DNA of 64,000 nucleotides from Patescibacteria group bacterium. Its GTDB lineage: Bacteria; Patescibacteriota; Minisyncoccia; Phycocordibacterales; CSBR16-119. Shown here in pieces: positions 52,068 to 60,740 of the stretch (position 1 is the first letter of the stretch; every line of letters starts with the position of its first letter). The stretch spans positions 40 to 64,039 of the forward strand of contig JAUPTX010000002.1 in NCBI GenBank assembly GCA_030917865.1. Direction: 5' to 3'. Position numbers and translations under genes: made by a program. The notes under the pieces were generated by a model that saw only the letters and a program-made list of their open reading frames with translations, was not told the origin of the DNA and made no database searches.

Positions 52068-55000
52068 CTATTTTACTTCTGAATCTGTTATCACATAGGG
52101 CTTACATTTTTGTAATCTTATTGTAGCACTACCCTCGTTATTGTTTTGATTTGCATCTGATTGATCGAGATAATGCAGGACGGCAATATTAGTCCTATTT
52201 CCACAAACCTTTGGTGAATTAGGAACTTTCATTGTTATAAATATATGCGTTTGCTGATTAGGAAAAAGTGTTGGAATGTAAAACATATGAACATTGTTGT
52301 TGTATGCGTTCGTGTTAGGTGTTTGATGAGAGTGATATATCAATCCTGGTGGAATTATTTCTTTAACTTGAACATTTGTAGCAGTATTATCTCCTAAATT
52401 TTTTACATCTATCCTCCAAGTTATATATCTATCAAATAAAGAGAGTGATGAATCAACCAACTCTTTTGCAACCCTTATATCTACTTTTCCATCAGTATTA
52501 ACTGGTGGAGTGTCTCCAACCAAAGCAACACCGAAATCTAAGTTTTCTACTGTTTCTCCGTCTTCTAGCGTGACTGTATACATATGGTTGTAATTTATAA
52601 ATGGATCAGTACTTATTCCCGGCTGTGTCACCGATTGATACAAATTTTCACCTATTAAACCGACGTAATACTCTCCGTCTGGAAGGTTTGTGAATTCGTA
52701 TCTACCGAGGTTTGGAATGTCTTCCGTAGTTGTGGTTTGGATTGGCATGTTGTTACCAGCTTGGAAAAGACCCACCGGAATACCTGCAAGGCGTAGCTCG
52801 GTCGATTGTTGAGAGCCGTTTTGGTTTTGGTCTTGATAAATATATCCATGAATAGAAGAAGTTCCTGCTTTTTTTAAACTTACACCATCAATATAAAACA
52901 TAGAGCTTACAAAAATATTACTCGTGTCAGAAATAAATTCGGGATCAAAAGCAATATAATTATACTCTATTCCATTATCTGGAATAGAAAAGTCTAAAAA
53001 GTATTCTTGCCATAAACCTATATTAGGATGTGAATATGAGTTAAGGTTTACAGGTACAGAAAATAACAAATCTGTCTGATTTGACACAAAAGATTCTTGA
53101 AAAGAAGGACTTGATAAAGGCTCTGCTGAAATATAAATTTTTTGATTGACATTAGATATCCCACCACCTCTTAGATATACACCGCGCCAAACCAATCGAT
53201 AACTACCAGGAAGAATGGGCTCTAAAGTCTTTGTTTGAATACTTTCAACATAAGTAGGCAAGCCAATATAATTACCAGGAACAAAAGAATTGGTCCCGCC
53301 AATATATCTGTTATTTGGAATACCATTATATGTTTCTTGAGGCCCAGAATTAGTCCAAGGAAAATCAAAATTTAAATCTCTAGTATATATATCAGTAGAT
53401 GGTCTAAAGTTACACCAACCAAGAAAATCACTTGGGCATAAAAAAGATAACTGACCTGCTCCATTTCCAGCACCCGGCAAATCTCCGATTTCAAAATTTC
53501 CATTACAAATATATTCATCGGGGTCATTAATACTTTCACAAGATGCTGCAGTCTTTATTAAAGCAGTAAATGAAAATCTGTTTGTATTTGAATTCTTGTT
53601 TGTATACCTAAAAACTCTAGTAGAAGTATCGATGGTTGGAATAATGTTTACAGACACAGAACCTGATGAATTTGATTGAATAGATCCAGTACAATTTGAT
53701 CCTGAGAAATACTGTATTACATCTCCAGGATCTGAAGCAACAACCTCAAAAATGTTAATCTTAAGCTGATTAACAGACCCCCCGGGATTAATATCATTAT
53801 CTAGTAAATTAACACACACTGGCTCTGTTCCATTAAACTGAATAAAATCATTCGTTGCTACCGGACTCGGCACTTCACACCCAGCCAATCCCTCCACCAT
53901 ATATCCCAAATGACACAAAACTTCTAGTTCATGTTCGTGGATATCTCTTTCTGTATTTGTTCCAATTGATGGATGCATTACATAAGTCTGTCCTGGGGCG
54001 CGATTCATGTCAAAGTGCGAAAGAGACGAGCCCTGTTGCCAGCTTGTTGGACTGTAAACAGGGCGAACGCCATCCGGAGCAGCGTTTAAAATATTTTTAA
54101 CACCACGGTAAACAACCTGGTTTGTTACAAACCAAGGAGAAGGGGCTCCGACTGGGACGTTTAATAGGTTTGTGACAGCGGTGATAAATCTGTTTTGAAG
54201 ACTTTCATCTTTGTGTGTGTAGTAGTCAAATGTTCCATGATTATAGGAAATATTGGTTTCATTTATAACCGAAGGCAAAAGACCTCTTAAACCAAGTGCA
54301 TGCATCATCTCATGCCACATAACGGTATAGAAGTCATAAGTATTCGCGTTAAGACTTGAATCAACGCTCCAGTTAATACCATTAAAATTTATTATTATGA
54401 AAGCGTCAAAAGACCCTTGTGCTGGGGTTGGGTTTTGTCTTGAGATGATATGTTTGTGAAGAGAGCCGTTGTCAGGGTTAGCAGAGTAATAGCCCAAATA
54501 TGAAGACGCCCCAGCTAGAGCTCCTGGTGGTAAGGGCTGGTCACTTCTTGTAAAAAGAATATCTGAGGTTACGGTAGTCGTATCTATCATTAGAATCTCT
54601 GACATATCTTCTAGAACCTGACAAGCTTCTTCTCTTCTACCATCTCCATATGTAGGGTCATCAAAACCAACGTTAGTGTTTAGTGCCACATCTTCAAAGT
54701 AGGCTTTGAAGTATCCCGTGACAGATGTATTTGCTCTACAGTTATATACTCCTGGATTACTTGTATCTTCATCGTATGCAACTACTTTTTTTGTTTTTAG
54801 GGAATCCAAGAAAGATTGTTTTCTTGGTTCTTCTTTTTTCATGAAAGCGTTTTCTTTTACCGGGTAACCCCAGGCGTCACGAATTGGTCCAAAGTCAACA
54901 TACTCTAATCCATATTCTTGTTTTAGGATAGCTCTTGCTTTTTCTTCGTCAAAAGGAAGTATCGGTAGGTCAAAGTTTGCCTCTTTTTTGTTTACTGGAA

Positions 55001-55217
55001 GCTTTGAGTATTGATATTGGAAATTAAATACTCCTGGAAATTCTTTTGAAGGAGAGATGTTATAGATGTTTTCACTTATTTGCCCAATCAAAGAAGCTTG
55101 GGCCGAATTTTCTATCTGAAGAATACTTGGAATAACAAGCCCTTGCATAGTAAAAAAAGTAAGAAACAAAATTCCCACAGAAATAATAAAATTTATTGAA
55201 GGTTTATATTTTTTCAT
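52068..55217 (-). CDS. large secreted/surface protein (1049 aa): signal peptide, HExxH zinc-metalloprotease-like region, SdrD-B/CnaB-type domain and C-terminal DUF11 repeat domain
   Basis: N-terminal hydrophobic signal. YTVMWHEMMHALGL (HExxH). A second HEHELE motif. GYIYQDQNQNGSQQSTE...GRYEFTNLPDGEYYV (SdrD B-like). VDIRVAKE...WRIDVKNLGDNTATNVQVKEIIPPGL (DUF11-like). Confidence 0.7.
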   Translation of the reverse strand: MKKYKPSINFIISVGILFLTFFTMQGLVIPSILQIENSAQASLIGQISENIYNISPSKEFPGVFNFQYQYSKLPVNKKEANFDLPILPFDEEKARAILKQEYGLEYVDFGPIRDAWGYPVKENAFMKKEEPRKQSFLDSLKTKKVVAYDEDTSNPGVYNCRANTSVTGYFKAYFEDVALNTNVGFDDPTYGDGRREEACQVLEDMSEILMIDTTTVTSDILFTRSDQPLPPGALAGASSYLGYYSANPDNGSLHKHIISRQNPTPAQGSFDAFIIINFNGINWSVDSSLNANTYDFYTVMWHEMMHALGLRGLLPSVINETNISYNHGTFDYYTHKDESLQNRFITAVTNLLNVPVGAPSPWFVTNQVVYRGVKNILNAAPDGVRPVYSPTSWQQGSSLSHFDMNRAPGQTYVMHPSIGTNTERDIHEHELEVLCHLGYMVEGLAGCEVPSPVATNDFIQFNGTEPVCVNLLDNDINPGGSVNQLKINIFEVVASDPGDVIQYFSGSNCTGSIQSNSSGSVSVNIIPTIDTSTRVFRYTNKNSNTNRFSFTALIKTAASCESINDPDEYICNGNFEIGDLPGAGNGAGQLSFLCPSDFLGWCNFRPSTDIYTRDLNFDFPWTNSGPQETYNGIPNNRYIGGTNSFVPGNYIGLPTYVESIQTKTLEPILPGSYRLVWRGVYLRGGGISNVNQKIYISAEPLSSPSFQESFVSNQTDLLFSVPVNLNSYSHPNIGLWQEYFLDFSIPDNGIEYNYIAFDPEFISDTSNIFVSSMFYIDGVSLKKAGTSSIHGYIYQDQNQNGSQQSTELRLAGIPVGLFQAGNNMPIQTTTTEDIPNLGRYEFTNLPDGEYYVGLIGENLYQSVTQPGISTDPFINYNHMYTVTLEDGETVENLDFGVALVGDTPPVNTDGKVDIRVAKELVDSSLSLFDRYITWRIDVKNLGDNTATNVQVKEIIPPGLIYHSHQTPNTNAYNNNVHMFYIPTLFPNQQTHIFITMKVPNSPKVCGNRTNIAVLHYLDQSDANQNNNEGSATIRLQKCKPYVITDSEVK

Positions 55218-55269
55218 ACCCCTCCATTATAGCAAAATATAATTCGTATCGATATTTTAAACAACCTTT

Positions 55270-56313
55270 TTAAAAATTATCAAAATTTTTCCTTAAGTAA
55301 TTTTTTCTATACTGATTTCCATGTTGTTGACGTCTATCTCTTCTAACCAAAAATCTGTTCATTTTAGAAGGCAGTGCGTCGCACAAACGACAAAAGTTAG
55401 AACAATACCCTTTATACTTTTCTAAACAATCATCACAAGACAAATGCAGAACATGACAGTTTTCATTTTTACAATGCCTATGTTCATCTGTTTTGTTTTT
55501 ATCACACAAGTGACACACTGAGATTATTTCATCCCCCACCTTCTCGCCGAGTCTTTCGTCAAAAACGAAATTTTTACCCTTGAATTTATTTGGCAAACCT
55601 TTTTCTTTTACCTGATGAGCGTAATCTATCACTCCACCTTTTATGTGTTTTACATTTTTAAATCCCTTATGCTTCATCCAAGCGCTTGCCTTCTCGCACC
55701 TGATTCCTCCAGTACAATAAAGCAAAACCTCTTCGTCTTTTTTGTCAGAAAACATATTTTCTACTTTTGCGAGCTGTTCACGGAAAGTATCCACTGGCAT
55801 TATCTTTGCATTTTCAAAATGTCCAATTTCAGCTTCGTAAAAATTCCTCATATCTATCACAGTCGCGCCTTTGTCTATCATCTCATTCACCTCTTCGGCG
55901 CTCGCATACGCGCCAGTATTAGCTGGATCAAAAGTAGAGTCATCTAGTCCATCTGCGACAATTTTTGGGCGGACTTTTACAATCAACTTTAGGAAAGATG
56001 ATTTACCTTTTTCTTCTACAGCCACTTTATACGGCACTCCGACAAACTCCGGGATGCTTTGAATAAATTTATCAAAAGCTTCAAAGTTATGTTCTGGAAC
56101 ATTCATCTGCGCGTTTATCCCCTCGTGCGCCACGTAGATACGACCCAAACATCCAAACTTTTCAAAATTAACATACAAAAAATCTCGCATCGTTTTTGGA
56201 TCTGCGATTTTCACATAGCGATAAAAAGATATTGTCTTTCGGCGAAAATCTTCTTTTTCTATCTGTGCCAAAAGCTGCTCTTTTGACTTTCTGTTGTAGA
56301 GTTTTTTAATCAT
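55270..56313 (-). CDS. trhO: rhodanese-domain protein of the TrhO/YceA (UPF0176) family (tRNA U34 hydroxylase-like)
   Basis: Rhodanese active-site loop LYCTGGIRCEKASAWM and a Cys-rich C-terminal tail (CHLCDKNKTDEHRHCKNENCHVLHLSCDDC). Confidence 0.7.
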   Translation of the reverse strand: MIKKLYNRKSKEQLLAQIEKEDFRRKTISFYRYVKIADPKTMRDFLYVNFEKFGCLGRIYVAHEGINAQMNVPEHNFEAFDKFIQSIPEFVGVPYKVAVEEKGKSSFLKLIVKVRPKIVADGLDDSTFDPANTGAYASAEEVNEMIDKGATVIDMRNFYEAEIGHFENAKIMPVDTFREQLAKVENMFSDKKDEEVLLYCTGGIRCEKASAWMKHKGFKNVKHIKGGVIDYAHQVKEKGLPNKFKGKNFVFDERLGEKVGDEIISVCHLCDKNKTDEHRHCKNENCHVLHLSCDDCLEKYKGYCSNFCRLCDALPSKMNRFLVRRDRRQQHGNQYRKNYLRKNFDNF

Positions 56314-56356
56314 AAGATATTTAGATATTAAAACTTTTTTAGGTTTTTAGGAAGGG

Positions 56357-56385
56357 TTGACAAAAATACAATAAAGATGTAATTT
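56357..56385 (+). promoter_or_regulatory. sigma70-type promoter (-35 TTGACA, 17-nt spacer, -10 TAATTT) for the 155-aa GC-rich ORF
   Basis: TTGACA at 56357-56362, in the context gGTTGACAAa. Confidence 0.35.
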
Positions 56386-56419
56386 AACGTTTGAAAGAAC
56401 AAACCTTAAACTCAATAGA

Positions 56420-56887
56420 ATGAGAACAATTGAAACACAAGTGCCAAACTGGCAAGGAGTACCAGCTGTTGGAATGGGGAAACTCATCTTCAACGATGTC
56501 ACGTACATATACTGTGTACTAGATACACGATTGTTAATGAAGCTCGCCACCATCTGCAAAGACGGCATACTGGCGGTAAGTATGGACTACCCAGGCGAAT
56601 ATCGCGAGCTAGCACTGATTCACGAACTCATTGAGTTCTCATCTTGGCAAGAAAAAGACCGAAAAAGAGTCTGCTCCTGCCAAAGTGCACTTCAACAAGA
56701 ATTAAGTATGGCCCAAAATCGTGGAATCGATATGGGTGAATACATAAAGCTTAGGCTTGAATTCTTTGAGGGTGTTGTGAGTTATTACGAAGGAAGGACA
56801 GGTAGCGGAGAAGCCACGGAAGAGGAGTGGGAGATCTTTGAGCACGTTGCACAAAGCCGAGACCATCTGAAAAGCCTGGTCCAATAA
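56420..56887 (+). CDS. hypothetical protein (155 aa), GC-rich cassette
   Basis: Complete ORF followed by a perfect terminator. No recognised family. GC roughly 47% by eye. Confidence 0.5.
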   Translation: MRTIETQVPNWQGVPAVGMGKLIFNDVTYIYCVLDTRLLMKLATICKDGILAVSMDYPGEYRELALIHELIEFSSWQEKDRKRVCSCQSALQQELSMAQNRGIDMGEYIKLRLEFFEGVVSYYEGRTGSGEATEEEWEIFEHVAQSRDHLKSLVQ

Positions 56888-56906
56888 CCAAGGACCATTC
56901 CACCAA

Positions 56907-56950
56907 AGCCCTGCCGGGCATTAACCGGCAGGGCTTCTTCTTTTAAAAAA
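56907..56950 (+). terminator. intrinsic terminator (AGCCCTGCCGG-GCATTAA-CCGGCAGGGCT + TCTTCTTTT)
   Basis: Perfect 11-bp stem and T-tail. Confidence 0.75.
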
Positions 56951-56983
56951 AATATTGTAATATGGCCAAAAACGCAGCACAAA

Positions 56984-57334
56984 ATGTTCCACAAACTTCA
57001 CCTCATACACCCAGGAGAACTTCATGGTGAAAACCACGCAGGAAATTATCATTACAACTTCTTCGCACAGAACAGAGATCAAATACCGAAAGGTATAGTT
57101 ATAGACCGCGTATTCCCCGGATTAAGCCTTATCTTTTTTGGAGATCGCGTGGAGAGAAACGGCAACATCTACGCCCCTGGACTTTATCGCGCCAAAGGAC
57201 TTATCTACTGTTCCTTCGCTGACCCAAGCGGATGGGAGGAATATTGGGTCTGTCTAGATGAAGAAGGAGCACCCGTGGTGAAGTACGGAGGACAGGATCT
57301 TTCCATGTACTACCGATACGTGGTGAAGAAGTGA
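56984..57334 (+). CDS. hypothetical protein (116 aa), GC-rich cassette
   Basis: Complete ORF (MFHKLHLIHPGELHGENHAGNYHYNFF...) with its own terminator. Rich in Tyr, Gly and His. No family recognised. Confidence 0.45.
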   Translation: MFHKLHLIHPGELHGENHAGNYHYNFFAQNRDQIPKGIVIDRVFPGLSLIFFGDRVERNGNIYAPGLYRAKGLIYCSFADPSGWEEYWVCLDEEGAPVVKYGGQDLSMYYRYVVKK

Positions 57335-57348
57335 CGAAGATGTCACGA

Positions 57349-57389
57349 AGCCCCGCAGCCGAAGGCTGCGGGGCTTCTTCTTTTTTATA
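57349..57389. terminator. bidirectional intrinsic terminator (GCCCCGCAGCC-GAA-GGCTGCGGGGC + TTCTTCTTTTTT), shared with the convergent helicase gene
   Basis: Perfect 11-bp stem. The tail is near-identical to the 56907 terminator (GGGCTTCTTCTTTT). Confidence 0.75.
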
Positions 57390-60300
57390 TCCTATTTTTT
57401 ATCTCTTCTACCAGCTCACAATATTTTTCATTTCCCTCGCCCATATCTTTTGGATCACAGGGTGTATCCCAAAATTTTAAGTTCAATATTTCATCCGACA
57501 CACGGATTATCTCTGACTTTAGATTTTCCACCTCCTCATCTGTTGGGGCAAATGTGTGTTTTGTAAATTTACCTTTTTCGTCTGGCTCAACGAATTCCAA
57601 AGATCCTTCGTCCATCACAAACTTTCCATCAGCATAAAGCGAAAGAAGAAGTTTATAGAAAACTATTTGCCTATAGTATGCACCATCAGAATCTTTCGTC
57701 TCTCCGCGCACGAATTTTTCTGATTTTGGCTTTCCTGTTTTATAGTCCACCACTCGCACGTGCCTCTCGCTTCCGTCTATAAACTCCAGCTTATCCAACT
57801 TACCAGTTAAACGAATCTCTGAATTTATATAAACCCCATTTATAGGAAGCTCAACCAAGGCATGTTTGTGTAATTTGCCCTTATTTTCTTCATACCACGC
57901 GTCGAGAGTTTTATATCCCTTGTCGAGCAAATCTTCTCTTTCGCTATCTCGAAGAGTTTCGCCAGAAAGTCTTTCTTCAAATTTTTGAAATAAAAATTCT
58001 TTGCCAGGTTCTTCGTATTTCAAGCTTTCAAAAAAAGCCTGAAGAACAGCATGGATCACGGTTCCATAAATCTGACTTCTGTTTTGTGGTTCTGGTAGCC
58101 GGACCAAATTGCGGTAGAAATAACGCCAAGGAGATTTTAGATAATTGTTTAAAGCTGTCACCGAAAGACCTTGAGACAAAAACTTTTCTCTGACGAAATC
58201 TTTGTATTTTTCTTTGTAATCTTCTTTTGTTGGCTTTACTATTTTTTCTTTAAATAAAATTTCTTTTTCTTTAGAAAAATTTTGCACAAAATTATCAGGA
58301 GAAACTATCTCGATAAAATCTGTATCTATCTCGCCGACAAACTGACTCGGCACACGCTCTCGCCCATCAGAAGAAAAAGATCCGTATGAAATATGTATTT
58401 CTTTTTTCGCACGAGTAAGCGCAACATAAAAAAGTCTTCTTTCTTCGTTGTCATTTTCTCCCGAAGAAGATTCGTCAAAATAATCAAAATCATTTTCTTT
58501 TTTATCTTTTATCAAAGAATAAACCGAAGGAAGAAGTTTTAATATTTCTCTTTTAGATTTGTTGCCCCAGTGCCCGTCGTACGCACCAACGATATAAACA
58601 TTTTCAAACTCAAGACCTTTTGATTTATGTGCAGTCATAAGTCTAACCGCGTCGCCTAAAGGTTTCGCTTTTCTTTTAATAGAAAGTCCGTGTTTTTCTA
58701 TGATGTCTAAATATTCACAAAAATCAGAAAGTCTAGCTGAAGGATTTGTTTTTTCTAAATCCCTTGCTTCTTCAAAAAAAGTGTTGATTACTTCGACTTT
58801 TTCAGGGTTTTCTGAAAGAGCTGTTGTTAAAAGTCCTGACTGCCTTAATATCTTTTCTAAACACTCTACAAGTTCTTCGTTTTTAGACGAGCTCACCCAA
58901 CCGGATAAATTCGCATAAGTTTCTAAAAATGATTCTTTGTTTTCTAGAGGCATTTTATCTAGCATTTTTTCCTTATTTGAAATTATGTCGTATAAGTCAA
59001 ATTTTTTCTTATCTTTTGCACTACGAACAACTCGAATTAAATCGATCGGAGAAATTTTGAACAAATCAAGATGAAGCATTTCAGCCAAAACGTCGTCGTC
59101 GCCAAAATTATTTACCGCTTTGATTATTTTAATAAACTTTCTGATATAAGAGTCACGTAAAATATCCTGATCAGATTCTATAACATAAGGGATCCCAAAA
59201 CGTGCCAACATATCCGCCACAGGAAACGCGTCACCATTATTTCTGTATAAAACAGCACAAGAAGACGCACCATTTCCCTCTTTTATTTTTTCTTGTATTG
59301 AAGAAGCGACGAAATAATATTCACTGGCATCGTCTGGAAAAGTGTAGAAATGTATTTTCTTTTCTTTTTCTTTTATATTTGCAGAAAGCTTTTCTCGTCC
59401 CGCCAAAAGACTGTGTGCCGAGTCTAAAATAGTCTGGGTTGAACGATAATTTTCTGTAAGAGTTATAAGTTTAGCTTCTGGATAAAGATGCTTAAAGTAG
59501 AAAAAGTTTTCTAAAGAAGCACCTTGGAATTTAAAGATTGATTGCTTTTTGTCTCCCACAACAAACAAGTTTGGGCTCTCGTGGAAATTCGCCAAGAGCT
59601 CAAGTATTTTATTTTGAGCATTGTTTGTATCTTGATGCTCGTCAACCAAAATATATTGATGATTTTCTTGGAGACGTAAAAGCAAATCAGAGTCTTCTTT
59701 TAGCATCTTCAAAACCTCCATTATCATATCGTTGTAGTCGTAATATTTTTTCTCTACGAGTTTTTCTTCATATTTTCTATAAACCAAAGCAAGTTCTCTA
59801 TTTTTCTCGATTCGTTTTTTCAAATCTTGATATTCATTTTTAATCTTGCCTTTATAGCGACCTTTTTCGTGATAAAGATCAGAAATTTCTTCAAAATCTC
59901 TTTGCGCCAAGAAAACAATATTATCAAAATCTTCAGGCAAAACTCCCTCTCTTTTTAAATCACTTATCGCAGAATTTATGGCTTTTGTGTAATACAAAGT
60001 ATCGCCAAAAGGTTTAAGCAAGCTTAATTTAGTCTCAATTATAATTTCTTCAATTAGAGAAATTTGAATGCTTTCTGTGATATTTTTAGCGCCAATAATT
60101 CTCGGGAAATTTTCTGGATTGTCGCGAATCACATCGTTTGCAAATCCGTGAAAAGTTTTAATCACAACAGAATACGCCGCAGATCCGATAAAATCTGTTA
60201 ATCTTTTACGCATATTAGAAACTCCAGACTCGGTGAAAGTCAGAGCCAAGATGTTTTCTGGGGCGGTGTCTGTTTGTCTTAGAATATTTGCAATACGAAG

Positions 60301-60435
60301 AGACAGGATTTGAGTCTTCCCTGTTCCTGGACCAGCAACAACCATAACTGGGCCTTCTATGGTGTCCACAGCTTCTTTTTGAGCCTTATTTAGCCTTTCA
60401 TAGCTTTCCAAAAACGCTTTTTCATCTTTTTTCAT
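57385..60435 (-). CDS. UvrD/PcrA-family superfamily-1 helicase fused to a C-terminal RecB-like PD-(D/E)xK nuclease domain (AddA-like)
   Basis: Walker A AGPGTGKTQILSLRIANIL and SF1 helicase motifs. C-terminal nuclease motifs (VVDYKTGK and YRQIVFYKLL, the QhxxY motif). No AddB-like partner is adjacent. Confidence 0.8.
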   Translation of the reverse strand: MKKDEKAFLESYERLNKAQKEAVDTIEGPVMVVAGPGTGKTQILSLRIANILRQTDTAPENILALTFTESGVSNMRKRLTDFIGSAAYSVVIKTFHGFANDVIRDNPENFPRIIGAKNITESIQISLIEEIIIETKLSLLKPFGDTLYYTKAINSAISDLKREGVLPEDFDNIVFLAQRDFEEISDLYHEKGRYKGKIKNEYQDLKKRIEKNRELALVYRKYEEKLVEKKYYDYNDMIMEVLKMLKEDSDLLLRLQENHQYILVDEHQDTNNAQNKILELLANFHESPNLFVVGDKKQSIFKFQGASLENFFYFKHLYPEAKLITLTENYRSTQTILDSAHSLLAGREKLSANIKEKEKKIHFYTFPDDASEYYFVASSIQEKIKEGNGASSCAVLYRNNGDAFPVADMLARFGIPYVIESDQDILRDSYIRKFIKIIKAVNNFGDDDVLAEMLHLDLFKISPIDLIRVVRSAKDKKKFDLYDIISNKEKMLDKMPLENKESFLETYANLSGWVSSSKNEELVECLEKILRQSGLLTTALSENPEKVEVINTFFEEARDLEKTNPSARLSDFCEYLDIIEKHGLSIKRKAKPLGDAVRLMTAHKSKGLEFENVYIVGAYDGHWGNKSKREILKLLPSVYSLIKDKKENDFDYFDESSSGENDNEERRLFYVALTRAKKEIHISYGSFSSDGRERVPSQFVGEIDTDFIEIVSPDNFVQNFSKEKEILFKEKIVKPTKEDYKEKYKDFVREKFLSQGLSVTALNNYLKSPWRYFYRNLVRLPEPQNRSQIYGTVIHAVLQAFFESLKYEEPGKEFLFQKFEERLSGETLRDSEREDLLDKGYKTLDAWYEENKGKLHKHALVELPINGVYINSEIRLTGKLDKLEFIDGSERHVRVVDYKTGKPKSEKFVRGETKDSDGAYYRQIVFYKLLLSLYADGKFVMDEGSLEFVEPDEKGKFTKHTFAPTDEEVENLKSEIIRVSDEILNLKFWDTPCDPKDMGEGNEKYCELVEEIKNRI

Positions 60436-60490
60436 GTAAGTATTATATCACAACCAAAAACGCGTTATAATAAAAACAAAGCACAGAACC

Positions 60491-60730
60491 ATGAATCAAA
60501 TTGGTGGAAAACCCGGCGCCACTATAACAACTTACGACAACAAAACAAACAAAAAAATAATCTTCTCTTTCTTTCATTTCCTTAACGGTCAAATACAAAT
60601 GACAATAACAAAAGGTAATAAAGAAAAAATAGTTGTATTTAGCTCTGAGGAAGATTTCCTCAACCGAGCAGAACGTAGTGGGTTACCGAGCCAATTTATC
60701 CAGACAGTTATTCTAGCCTCTCAGATATAG
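60491..60730 (+). CDS. hypothetical small protein (79 aa)
   Basis: Complete ORF in the 300-bp gap between the helicase and pepF. No motif. Confidence 0.3.
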   Translation: MNQIGGKPGATITTYDNKTNKKIIFSFFHFLNGQIQMTITKGNKEKIVVFSSEEDFLNRAERSGLPSQFIQTVILASQI

Positions 60731-60740
60731 TATTGAGGGG

